64,000 bases of DNA from assembly GCA_963814715.1 (NCBI GenBank), contig CAWFDW010000005.1, positions 608,864-672,863 of the forward strand, written 5' to 3'. The DNA is from an uncultured delta proteobacterium. Its GTDB lineage: Bacteria > Desulfobacterota > Binatia > Binatales > Binataceae. Below are positions 1 through 9,003 of this stretch, one piece after another; position 1 is the first letter of the stretch; each line of letters begins with the position of its first letter. The notes under the pieces are model-generated. The model had not been told where the DNA came from. It was given only the letters and a program-made list of their open reading frames with translations, and searched no databases. Position numbers and translations under genes: made by a program.

Positions 1-474
1 TAATCTCGACCTTGTACTTCTCGCCCATCGCCGAGAATTTCGCGACGGCCTCCGCGCGCGGAACTTCGGTCCGCGTGATCTTGTGATCGGCCTTCGACAG
101 CTCGCGCATCTTCGCTTCGATCTTCGGCAAGTCCTCGAGCGTGAACGGCGTCGCGGGCGCGAAGTCGTAGAAGAAGCCGTCTTCGATAACCGGACCGATC
201 GTCACCTGCGTGCCGGGATAGAGCGACTGCACCGCCATCGCCATCAGATGAGCGGTCGAGTGACGGATGACGTCGAGACCTTCAGGCGTCTCGGCCAGCA
301 CCGGCTCGACGGCGGCGTCGTGATCGAGCTTGCGCGTCAGATCGACGACTTTGCCGTCGACGCGCGCGGCGACGAGGTCCGGCTCGGGACGTCCTTGAGC
401 AGGTCGCGAACGACAGTGCCAACCGGCACGACGCGAGACTCGCCGTTCAAGGTTACGGTTACGTCGGAACTCAT
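1..474 (-). CDS. thrS: threonine--tRNA ligase, N-terminal part (gene continues past the left edge); one apparent 1-nt frameshift near 386-388
   Basis: Minus-strand translation from ATG (472-474): MSSDVTVTLNGESRVVPVGTVVRDLLKDV. After a 1-nt shift it continues ...EPDLVAARVDGKVVDL...VIRHSTAHLMAMAVQSLYPGTQVTIGPVIEDGFFYDF..., a classic ThrRS motif. ORF 83..490(+) is its shadow. Confidence 0.85.
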
Positions 475-536
475 CAAGCGAAGAATTTAATCATTGCGAG
501 GAGAGTAAATCGCGCGCGCGGTTGTGGGCACGGACC

Positions 537-611
537 TGGTAGGCACGGGCGGGATTGAACCGCCGACCTCTTCCGTGTCAGGGAAGCGCTCTACTACTGA
601 GCTACGTGCCT
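537..611 (-). tRNA. tRNA-Val (anticodon GAC), CCA encoded
   Basis: Reverse complement AGGCACGTAGCTCAGTAGTAGAGCGCTTCCCTGACACGGAAGAGGTCGGCGGTTCAATCCCGCCCGTGCCTACCA. Acceptor stem AGGCACG/CGTGCCT; anticodon stem CTTCC/GGAAG with loop CTGACAC; T-arm GGCGG-TTCAATC-CCGCC. Confidence 0.9.
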
Positions 612-836
612 TCACGGGCGAGGGGTATTGATTAAACACATCAAGCAAACGCTGAAGGTAACCGATTATGCGCTGGCGGGCAACCGAAGTTTCACGCTTC
701 GCGCCTGCTCCTAACCTCGCCTTGTCCGAGGAGCAGTTAGGATGCAGTCCTTCCGCAGGCGACCGTCGCGGGAGCATCTGCTAACATCTCGCGCCAAGTA
801 TCGCGCGCGCACGGAGGGTCGCCCACGCCTCAGAAA

Positions 837-1910
837 ATGGATCGCGAGCGCATAGTGCAGCTCTTCTTCTTCGGCTTCCTGGCCGTGATGGCCTACGAGC
901 TGTACGAATTGATGCTGCCGTTCCTGACGCCGCTGGCGTGGGGAATCCTGCTCGCCTTCATGGCGCATCCGCTTCTCGAGTGGGTCGAGAAGTACGTCAA
1001 GCGCCGCTCGCTCTCGACCGCGATCATCAGCATCCTCGTCGCATTGGTCGTCATCCTGCCTGCGATATGGGCCTCAGGCCGCCTGGTGGTCGAGGCACAG
1101 TCGCTGTACACGCAGGCCACGGTGATGGTGAATACCGGCGGCGTGACGAAGTTCCACGATTGGGCGGTCAATACCGATCTCGGCGCATGGGTCGCGAAAA
1201 AAATGGCCGACCGCGGCTACAAGCTCGACGAAGAGCTGCCCAAGCTCACCCTGCAAGCCGCGACGATCACCAGCGACTACGTCGCCAAGAACGCGACCCA
1301 GGCCGCGAAGAACGTCTTCGGGTTCATCGTCAGTTTTGGTATCGCGCTGCTCGCGTTCTTCTACATGCTGCGCGACGGCGACTACTACTATAAAAGTCTG
1401 CGCGACCTGACACCGCTGCACGACGACGACAAGATGGCGATTTTCGACACGCTGCGCACGACGCTGTCGTCGGTGATGCGCGGCCTGATGCTGACCGCGG
1501 TGCTGCAGGGCGTGACGATCGGCATCGGGATGCTGATCTTCGGCGTGCCGTACTGGCTGTTCCTCGCGATCGCGTCGGCGGCCGCGGGCCTGATGCCAAT
1601 CGGCGGCACCGCGATCGTCTGGATTCCCGCGATGATCTACCTCGGCTTCGCGGCGAGCTGGTCGGCGGCGTTCGGCTTGCTCTTCTGGTGCTCGATAGCG
1701 CTCGCCGTCATCGACAATTTCATCAAGCCGCTCGCGATGAAGAGCGGCACCGGCCTGCCGACGATCGCGCTGTTCCTGGGAATCCTCGGCGGCCTCGAAG
1801 CATACGGCCCGCTCGGCCTGTTCCTCGGCCCCGCAATCATGTCGGTATTCGCCGCCCTGCTGCGCGTTTACAGAAAGGAATACTCAGGCACCCGCAAAGA
1901 AGCCGCGTGA
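837..1910 (+). CDS. AI-2E family transporter (PerM/YhhT-like permease)
   Basis: 357-aa polytopic membrane ORF. C-terminal region ...NFIKPLAMKSGTGLPTIALFLGILGGLEAYGPLGLFLGPAIMSVF is typical of the UPF0118/AI-2E family. Confidence 0.8.
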   Translation: MDRERIVQLFFFGFLAVMAYELYELMLPFLTPLAWGILLAFMAHPLLEWVEKYVKRRSLSTAIISILVALVVILPAIWASGRLVVEAQSLYTQATVMVNTGGVTKFHDWAVNTDLGAWVAKKMADRGYKLDEELPKLTLQAATITSDYVAKNATQAAKNVFGFIVSFGIALLAFFYMLRDGDYYYKSLRDLTPLHDDDKMAIFDTLRTTLSSVMRGLMLTAVLQGVTIGIGMLIFGVPYWLFLAIASAAAGLMPIGGTAIVWIPAMIYLGFAASWSAAFGLLFWCSIALAVIDNFIKPLAMKSGTGLPTIALFLGILGGLEAYGPLGLFLGPAIMSVFAALLRVYRKEYSGTRKEAA

Positions 1911-1962
1911 TCCGATTTCACAAACCCCGAACTCCTCTCCTCAGAAACAATCCTCCTTAAAT

Positions 1963-2004
1963 CCGGTTCCCCTTCCCGCTCGGGAAGGGGTTAGGGGTTA
2001 GGTT
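1963..2004 (+). repeat. Short dispersed repeat: GC hairpin (CCCCTTCCC/GGGAAGGGG) followed by TTAGGGGTTAGG
   Basis: ccggttccccttcccgctcgggaaggggttaggggttaggtt. A near-identical copy lies at 12552..12594. The architecture matches the ends of the DUF559 element at 30258 and 30914. Confidence 0.8.
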
Positions 2005-2449
2005 GTTTGCGTCATTCGCGATGCCCCATTTCGTGGGGACGACAAGCATAGCGGCAGTGCAAGCGCGCATTTCCGAAAAACTCACACACTCTCAAAATTG
2101 CAAAATTGGCCGTCTGGCGTGCAGATTCACCGCTAAGCGCAACAGAAAGTGCGCTCTCTCTTCGATCATCGAAATTTAATCGGCGCGATCGCTTCTTTGC
2201 TTGACCTATCTGATGGATCAGTGAAATAGCGGCTTGTAGGACTGGCTGATCACTTTGTTCTTCGGCCGGTCATCAACTCACGGGGGGTAATTGCAGTGAA
2301 GGGTCCCTCGAGCGCCGGCCTTTCCCAGGCCAATAGTCGTGCGCCTCCGCGGCCGCACTTATGTCCGCTGCCAGTAAGTCTCGGTGGAGATTGAGGGGGG
2401 CAATCTCAAGTTTAAAATCATCACACGAATCGAGATGGGAGGCCTGGCT

Positions 2450-4246
2450 ATGCGAGACCGATTAACCAGAACTATAAACTTGCTTTCGTCGATACGCGGA
2501 ATCGCCCGCACCTGTCTGCTGCTCGCGATATTGCTGGCGACTCTGACACTACAGATTGGAAACGCTTATGCAGGAGCGATTCACGGCGCGATTTACACAA
2601 CTAACAAGACCGGCACCGTGGTCGATCAGAACATCTATCCAATGGGTACGGACGTCTATCTGAGCGGCGGCCCTCAAAACATGAACGCAGCCGGTCTGAC
2701 CGACGGCACGTATTATTTCCAGGTCACAGACCCCAGCGGGAAAGTGCTCCTTTCCACTGACAACGCCTCATGCCGCCAACTGGTGGTCTCGGGCGGGAGG
2801 GTCACAGGAGCGTCGCCGGCCGCGGGAGCCTGCGCGCATACCGATGGGACCTTCAACCCTGCGAATGGCGCCACCCCGGTTCAACTCGCGCCGTTCTCGC
2901 AGACGCCGAACGCTGGAGACGAGTTCAAGGCGTGGCTGGTTGCCCAGAACAGCTCGACTTCGATCTCAAGCACCGATCCGAAGGTCATTATCTTCAAGAA
3001 CCCGGATTCCAAGACGGATAATTTCAAGACCCAGGTTGCTGTGATCCCGGTGGGTTCATGCCAGCCGTCGAGTTCGCTGTCCGTGCTGGTCAGCGGGACC
3101 AACGTGACGTCGTACGTCCCCAAGGGCAATTGGAATATCAAAGCGGCGGTCACCGGCGTTTCCGTTGTCAATGTCGAGGGCAGCAGCATCGTACCCACCG
3201 CAATCACGACGGCTAACGCGGTGAATTCCTGCGCCTCCAACTCTGTCACCGGCACTACCGTATGCACCGCAAACAACACTGACGTGTATTTGCTGAGCGG
3301 TACGACGCTGGGGAGCACGCTGACGAGCGGCGGATCCGGACTAATCGCGTTCTCGGGCGGCATTTGCACGAACTGCGGCGTCGCAATGGACGCAGTTCAC
3401 AACAAGGCGGCGCTCGGGCTCAGCATAGCCGGCGCCCCAGGATTCCAGTTCCTGGACCTTGGCACCTCGACCTTCGAAACCGCGGTCGCCTCGCCCGCCG
3501 GAGAAATTTCGGAAGATCCGCTGATCGACCCCATCCACAATCTTCTGTTGTCGGCCTCGGAGGGGAACAACTACGAGATCGCCAACGTGGCGGCGGCTCC
3601 GACGTCGCTGACTCCGCTGACCTCATTCTTCGAGAACCCAGGAATTCCCTCCGGCGGAGAGCTTGATTCCACGGCGGAGGATTGCAGCACCGAAATCGCT
3701 CTGGCGGGCGTCGAGTTTCCAGAACCATCCAGTGTGTACATCGCCGATTTGACCCAGGCCACCTTCACTGCTGGAGCGCCCGGTACCTGGACAGATCCGG
3801 TGGGCTCGCAGGTTCAGAGCCTGTCAGAGTCAGTCCTGTTCTTTGGCGCAACCAGCATCGCAGTGGCGCAGGGTACGCACACTGGCATGCTGTCGGGAGA
3901 ATTCGGCGGCAATGCGATCACCGCGATTGCACTTCCGACGACGTCCGGCAGCGGTACTCCCGCGATCAGCGACTGGGTGACCTGCAATATTCCAAACGAT
4001 CCCAGCGGCATGGTCTGGAACACAGGTGACGATCCGCACACGCTGACGGCGTACCAGAGCCCGAGCAGCAGCGACGCGATCGGATTGCTCGCCAATGGAG
4101 GGGGGGGATTCCCGGTGACCTTCCTGGCCCGGGTGGACCTGGCCCAGATGCTCAATCCTGCGATCGTGCCTCGAACCGTCGGCGGCCATGGATGCGCGGC
4201 AGGTACGCTCCCGGCGACCGTGGCGAGCTTCATCGCAGTGCCTTGA
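2450..4246 (+). CDS. Secreted Thr/Ser/Gly/Ala-rich protein of unknown function (about 598 aa)
   Basis: ATG at 2450 is preceded by GGGAGG 8 nt upstream. N-terminus MRDRLTRTINLLSSIRGIARTCLLLAILLATLTLQIGNAYA|GAIHG looks like a signal peptide. Long uninterrupted ORF; no family recognised by eye. Confidence 0.65.
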   Translation: MRDRLTRTINLLSSIRGIARTCLLLAILLATLTLQIGNAYAGAIHGAIYTTNKTGTVVDQNIYPMGTDVYLSGGPQNMNAAGLTDGTYYFQVTDPSGKVLLSTDNASCRQLVVSGGRVTGASPAAGACAHTDGTFNPANGATPVQLAPFSQTPNAGDEFKAWLVAQNSSTSISSTDPKVIIFKNPDSKTDNFKTQVAVIPVGSCQPSSSLSVLVSGTNVTSYVPKGNWNIKAAVTGVSVVNVEGSSIVPTAITTANAVNSCASNSVTGTTVCTANNTDVYLLSGTTLGSTLTSGGSGLIAFSGGICTNCGVAMDAVHNKAALGLSIAGAPGFQFLDLGTSTFETAVASPAGEISEDPLIDPIHNLLLSASEGNNYEIANVAAAPTSLTPLTSFFENPGIPSGGELDSTAEDCSTEIALAGVEFPEPSSVYIADLTQATFTAGAPGTWTDPVGSQVQSLSESVLFFGATSIAVAQGTHTGMLSGEFGGNAITAIALPTTSGSGTPAISDWVTCNIPNDPSGMVWNTGDDPHTLTAYQSPSSSDAIGLLANGGGGFPVTFLARVDLAQMLNPAIVPRTVGGHGCAAGTLPATVASFIAVP

Positions 4247-4282
4247 CGCTGTGAAACTCCACCGTTGTTAATTCCGTAACTC

Positions 4283-4316
4283 GCGCGTGAGGTCATCACC
4301 TGATGGCCTCACGCGC
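4283..4316 (+). terminator. Strong hairpin downstream of the secreted-protein gene (possible terminator, no T-tract)
   Basis: gcgcgtgaggtcat-cacctg-atggcctcacgcgc forms a 14-bp stem with one G.U pair, 37 nt after the stop at 4246. It lacks a U-run, so assignment as a terminator is tentative. Confidence 0.4.
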
Positions 4317-4363
4317 CCGCTCTCCTTTCGCCGCCGCGCCAGTTCGATTAATCATTGCTCGCC

Positions 4364-5594
4364 ATGGATTCTTCCGAACTCGCGCTCGAGCCCGTCCGCT
4401 CGATCACTTCCGCCGAGGCTGCGCACACTCTGCTCGCGAGCTTTCTCGGATGGGCGCTCGACGCCTTCGATTTCTTCATCCTGATCTTCGTGATGCCCGC
4501 GGTTGCGCGCGAATTCCATCGCCCCATCTCGCACATCGCGTTCACCATCACCGCGACACTCGCGCTGCGTCCGGTCGGCGCGCTCATCTTCGGCTGGATT
4601 GCCGACCGCTACGGCCGCCGCATCCCGCTGATGATCGACGTGATCTTCTATTCCGTCGTCGAAGTGCTGAGCGGCCTTGCGCCGAGCTACGGATGGTTCC
4701 TGTTCATGCGCGCGCTGTACGGAATCGGGATGGGCGGCGAATGGGGCGTGGGCGCGTCGCTCGCGATGGAAGCGGTCTCGCCGCGATGGCGCGGATTCTT
4801 TCTCAGGACTCCTGCAGGAGGGATACGCAGTCGGCTACCTGCTCGCGGCGGCCGCGTTCTTTTTCGTCTTCCCGCACTACGGATGGCGCGCGATGTTCTT
4901 TCTCGGCGGTGCGCCCGCGCTGCTGACAATCTACATCCGCACCAAGGTTCCAGAGTCCGAGGCATGGCAGCGCACGCGTCCCGACATGACGAAGATTCGC
5001 GCCGCGATTCGAGCCAACTGGAAATTGTTCGTCTACCTATGCGTGCTGATGACGATGATGAATTTCGTGTCGCATGGCACGCAGGACATGTACCCGACGT
5101 TTCTCGAAAAGACGCGCGGCTTCGACACCCGCACCGTCGCGACGATCGCACTCATCTATAATGTAGGCGCTCTTCTCGGCGGCCTGACCTTCGGCTACTT
5201 GTCGGATCGATGGGGCCGCCGCCGCACGATGGCGACGGCGGTGATCTGCGCCGGCTTCGTCATCCCGCTGTGGATTTATCCCTCGACGCTCGCAGTGCTG
5301 ACCTTCGGCGCGTTCGTGATGCAGTTCATGGTGCAGGGCGCATGGGGCGTAATCCCGGCGCATCTGACGGAACTCTCGCCGCCGGAAGTCCGCGGCCTGT
5401 TCTCAGGCCTCGCATATCAAATCGGCGTCTTGATGGCCTCCGGAGCCGCCGTCAGCCAGGCACTGCTGGCAGAACGTTTCGGCTACGCCGCAACGCTAGC
5501 GAGCGTCGCCGCAATCGTGATGGTCCTTGCCGCGATAGTCATCCTGCTCGGCCGCGAGCGCAAAGGCCGCGACCTCCACTCCAGCTCCCCATGA
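4364..5594 (+). CDS. MFS transporter; one apparent frameshift near 4800
   Basis: MDSSELALEP...FDFFILIFVMPAVAREF...GWIADRYGRRIPLM...GIGMGGEWGVGASLAMEAVSPRWRGFF, then a frame change to SGLLQEGYAVGYLL...LSDRWGRRRTM...AHLTELSPPEVRGLFSGLAYQIG. These are MFS D-R-x-G-R-R signatures in both halves. Confidence 0.8.
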
Positions 5595-6271
5595 AATTAA
5601 AACTCCGCGGGATGGAACTGAGTCCGGCTACCCTGGTCGGCCTCGCGATGGCCCTACTTCTCCCCATCCCTCCTTATCGCGAACCTTTCCTCCACCTCTT
5701 TATGACAGCTTGGGGGATGCTCTGGATTTCGGCATGGGAGACTGTTGGTTTGATCTCCAAGTTGACGGTGATCATCGCTCTACCGCTACTGGTCGTCTAT
5801 TGGGAACGCAGATCGCTCAGATCGATTGGTCTCCACGCTGTTTCCGCAACGGACTTCTTAGCCGCCATAGCAATAGTCTTAGCCTACCTTCTGATCAGTC
5901 CACGCCTGATCTGGATGGCTGACAAAATACCAGCCGTCGCGGCGGAGTTGACGCTAGGCGGTACTCTCTATGCGTCACTGCCAAGATTGCTGGATTGGTC
6001 AGGCTTGTTTGCTAACGGAATCGCTGAAGAGGTCGGATTCCGTGGCTATGCGATGGAGCGAATCGAAGAATTGACCGGAAGCAGGATGTTAGGCGCGTCG
6101 GTGCCGTTTGTCGTTAACGTGCTCGTCCATGCGCCGGTGTGGGGACTATATGGCATGTTGGTAAAGGCGCCGACCCTGCTGCTCCTTGTCGCCCTCTATC
6201 TCTGGCGCAGGAGTCTGCCGGCCTGCGTGCTCGCGCACATACTCATTGATATTCGCGCCTTCGAATTTTGA
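5591..6271 (+). CDS. CPBP family intramembrane glutamic endopeptidase (CAAX protease-like)
   Basis: ATG overlaps the MFS stop (ATGA). Multi-TM protein with the ...NGIAEEVGFRGYAMERI... (EExxxR) motif and a later ...VLAHILID... His motif. Visibly lower G+C than the flanks. Confidence 0.75.
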   Translation: MKLKLRGMELSPATLVGLAMALLLPIPPYREPFLHLFMTAWGMLWISAWETVGLISKLTVIIALPLLVVYWERRSLRSIGLHAVSATDFLAAIAIVLAYLLISPRLIWMADKIPAVAAELTLGGTLYASLPRLLDWSGLFANGIAEEVGFRGYAMERIEELTGSRMLGASVPFVVNVLVHAPVWGLYGMLVKAPTLLLLVALYLWRRSLPACVLAHILIDIRAFEF

Positions 6272-6378
6272 GGCATCACCTCAATTCCTCCGCGGCGTGA
6301 ATTAGAATGGACGCACCGAAACTCGACACCACCAGTGCCTCGGCTTGAGGCGTCACATCGGCTCCTCCTCCACCGCCC

Positions 6379-6467
6379 TAGAGAGCAAAGTAGCGCGCCG
6401 CGCGCAACTTTGCGCTTCTCACTGGGTGCAGGGGTCAAACCCCTGCCGCCCGCCGCGCAGGCGATTG
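6379..6467 (+). repeat. R1 dispersed repeat, copy A (two-hairpin element of about 90 bp)
   Basis: tagagagcaaagtagcgcgccgcgcgcaactttgc...cactgggtgcaggggtcaaacccctgccgcccgccgcgcaggcgatt. It shares a core of about 40 nt with copies at 17837, 36223 and 61901 (inverted). Confidence 0.85.
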
Positions 6468-6513
6468 TTTGATTGATTTTCATAGCCACTTTCTTGATAG
6501 GTTGCTGAGACAT

Positions 6514-7858
6514 CTATCCCGCCAGCCGAGCGCTCTCGAACAATCGCGGCAGATGCCGCCGCACCTGCACCTCCATCTCCTGATCTGAAATCGACGTGGT
6601 GCGCCCATCGTCGTACTGCGCGTCGACCCACTTCGCGATCTCCATCACCTCGGGCGAGCGCTTTTCGACCTGCGCGCCGCGCGCGAGACCGAAGTACGAA
6701 TTGATCCACCATGCGATTCCGGCGACGCCCGAAGTCTTATCGACTGCAACGCGCGGCGGCCGGCCAAGAATCTTCGCCGTGTCGAAGACGTTGTAGATTT
6801 CCTCGTCCTTCAGCAGACCGTCGGCATGAATCCCCGCGCGCGTCACGTTGAAATCGCGCCCGACGAACGGATAGTTCGCGGGAATCTTGTACCCGGCTTC
6901 GCGCTCGAAGTACTCCGCGATTTCGGTGATCACCGACAGATCCATCCCGTTCGCGTCACCCTTGAGCGAAACGTAATCCATCACCAGACCTTCCAGCGGA
7001 GGATTACCGGTGCGCTCGCCGTAGCCGAGGATCGTCCCGTTCGCGTACATGCATCCGTAGAGCCACGCCGCCGTCGCGTTGGCGAGCACTTTGTGAAAGT
7101 CGTTGTGCCCGTGCCATTCCAGTTGATCCGGCTTCACACCGCATTCGCGACGCAGCCCCAAAATCAGCTTCGGCACGCTGCGCGGCAGCGCGACGCCGGG
7201 GTACGGCACGCCGAATCCGAGCGTGTCGCAGACGCGAATCTTCACAGGAATGCCGGCGGCGTCGCCGAGTTCCATCAGACTGCGACACGAACGGCACGAC
7301 GAAGCCGTAAAAATCCGCACGCGTCGCGTCCTCGAGATGGCAGCGGATTTTGAGACCCGCATCGAGCGCCGCATTGACGATCTCAAGGTAATCGTCCATC
7401 GCCGCGCGCCGGGTTTTCTTGAGCTTGTTGAAAATATGGTAGTCCGACGCCGAGGTCAGAATTCCGGTCTCGGCAAGCCCCATCTCCTTGACGATCTTGA
7501 AGTCCGATTTCACCGCGCGAATCCATCCGGTGACTTCGGGGAACTCGTAGCCACGCGCGAGGCATCGATTCACCGCCTCGCGATCGGTCTTCGAGTACAG
7601 GAAGAACTCGGTCTGCCGGATAACGCCGTTGGGGCCGCCGAGGCGATGCAGCATGTCGAACATCGCGACGATCTGCCCGGCGGTATACGGCGGACGCGCC
7701 TGCTGTCCGTCGCGGAAGGTGGTGTCGGTAATGAAAAAATCCGGCGCCGGATCGGGTTTCTCGAATTCACCGTCGAAGATAATTCGCGGCACCGCATCGT
7801 AAGGGAATTGCTCGCGGATGAGATTCGGCTGAGGCACGTCGATCAGTTCGTGTTTCAT
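6514..7858 (-). CDS. HMGL-like (isopropylmalate/homocitrate/citramalate/Re-citrate synthase family) enzyme; frameshift near 7286
   Basis: N-terminal part: ...FFITDTTFRDGQQARPPYT...ASDYHIFNKLK...IRCHLEDATRADFYGFVVPFV. After a shift: ...SLMELGDAAGIPVKIRVCDTLGFG...EWHGHNDFHKVLANATAAWLYG...GYGERTGNPPLE. These are DRE-TIM metal-binding motifs. Exact substrate not assignable. Confidence 0.75.
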
Positions 7859-7985
7859 GGGAGGATCCTCGACCTCAATCTAAACCGCATCAATCAACAT
7901 ATGTCAAGCGATATACAGGATCACTTATGATGCATTATGGGCCTGACCCGTAGCTCCCAAGGGTCCCCCCAGGCCGGGAATAGAC

Positions 7986-8014
7986 TTGGCATTCCAACAG
8001 TCAAGGATATAGAC
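7986..8014 (+). promoter_or_regulatory. Candidate sigma70-type promoter upstream of tatA
   Basis: TTGGCA (7986-7991), 16-17 nt spacer, TATAGA/ATAGAC (8008-8014), about 40 nt upstream of the tatA ATG. Pattern match only. Confidence 0.25.
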
Positions 8015-8051
8015 TTTCAACAGACGGCAGACGCCGCCGCCGGAGAAAAAT

Positions 8052-8273
8052 ATGGACCTCTTTGCGCCAACTCACCTGCTGATCATTCTCGTGATCATTC
8101 TGGTCATTTTCGGGCCCAGCAAGCTCGGCGATGTCGGCGGCGCGATGGGCAAAGCAATCCGCGATTTCAAACGCGCGATGAACGAGCCCGACAACGCAAC
8201 CACTCCGCTGGCCAAGCCCGACGAAGTAAAAACCGCCGAAACCGAGAAGCCGCCGCCCTACAAGATTTCCTGA
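8052..8273 (+). CDS. tatA: Twin-arginine translocase subunit TatA/E
   Basis: MDLFAPTHLLIILVIILVIFGPSKLGDVGGAMGKAIRDFKRAM... has the canonical TatA TM helix, FG-P hinge and amphipathic helix. Confidence 0.9.
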   Translation: MDLFAPTHLLIILVIILVIFGPSKLGDVGGAMGKAIRDFKRAMNEPDNATTPLAKPDEVKTAETEKPPPYKIS

Positions 8274-8316
8274 CCCGCCCCGTCCGCTGGTTCCACGATC
8301 ATTCCTCTTTCTGTCT

Positions 8317-8377
8317 CCTCGCCCTGTTAGGGCGAGGATGAAGAGCCTGCCCTGAGCCCTGCCGAAGGGTGAGGGTC
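8317..8377 (+). repeat. REP-like hairpin element downstream of tatA
   Basis: cctcgccct-gtt-agggcgagg hairpin followed by gcctgccctgagccctgccgaagggtgagggt. It shares the 14-mer AGCCCTGCCGAAGG with the element at 14013..14065. Confidence 0.6.
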
Positions 8378-8460
8378 CCCTATTCAGCGAGCGACTTTTT
8401 TCGCTCGCGACTCAAGATTCTGCCTCTTTGTAGAGGTCCAAGGTTGAGTACGAAAAATTT

Positions 8461-9003
8461 ATGAAACGATACATCCTCACCGGCACTCCGGGATGCGGCA
8501 AGACTTCGATTCTCCGCTCTTTGGAACTTTCCGATTACTGCGTCGTCGAAGAGGCCGCGACCGACATCATCGCTCTGCGACATGCGCAAGGCATCGCAGA
8601 ACCATGGACGCATCCCTCCTTCATCGACGACATTGTCAATCTGCAGAAGCATCGCCAGATGCGCATAGCTGACGCATCGGGCGTCCAGTTCTACGACCGA
8701 TCACCTATCTGCACCTACGCGCTCAGCGTCTGGCTCGACTTTCCGATCTCCATAATTCTCGCCGATGAAATGGATCGAATAAAGAACGCGCAGATCTATC
8801 AGAAGCAGGTGTTCTTCATCGATAACCTGGGATTCTGCGAACCTACCGCCGCAAGAAAAATCACGTTCGAGGATTCTCTGCGCTTTGAAAAAGTCCACGA
8901 GGAGACCTACCGCTCCTTCGGCTACGAATGCATCCGAGTCGCGCCTCGCGAGCTATCCGCCCGAGTCGAACAAATCACGCGCTATGTCTCTGCTATCGGT
9001 TAG
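8461..9003 (+). CDS. Small P-loop ATPase (AAA_28/NadR-like kinase fold)
   Basis: MKRYILTGTPGCGKTSILRSL... (Walker A), 180 aa, lower G+C than neighbours. Confidence 0.6.
   Translation: MKRYILTGTPGCGKTSILRSLELSDYCVVEEAATDIIALRHAQGIAEPWTHPSFIDDIVNLQKHRQMRIADASGVQFYDRSPICTYALSVWLDFPISIILADEMDRIKNAQIYQKQVFFIDNLGFCEPTAARKITFEDSLRFEKVHEETYRSFGYECIRVAPRELSARVEQITRYVSAIG

Noticed and set aside
83-490. 135-aa plus-strand ORF at the left edge
   Set aside because: Arg-rich, with no recognisable motifs. It lies exactly antisense to a ThrRS N-terminus with conserved motifs, so it is a shadow ORF of high-G+C DNA.
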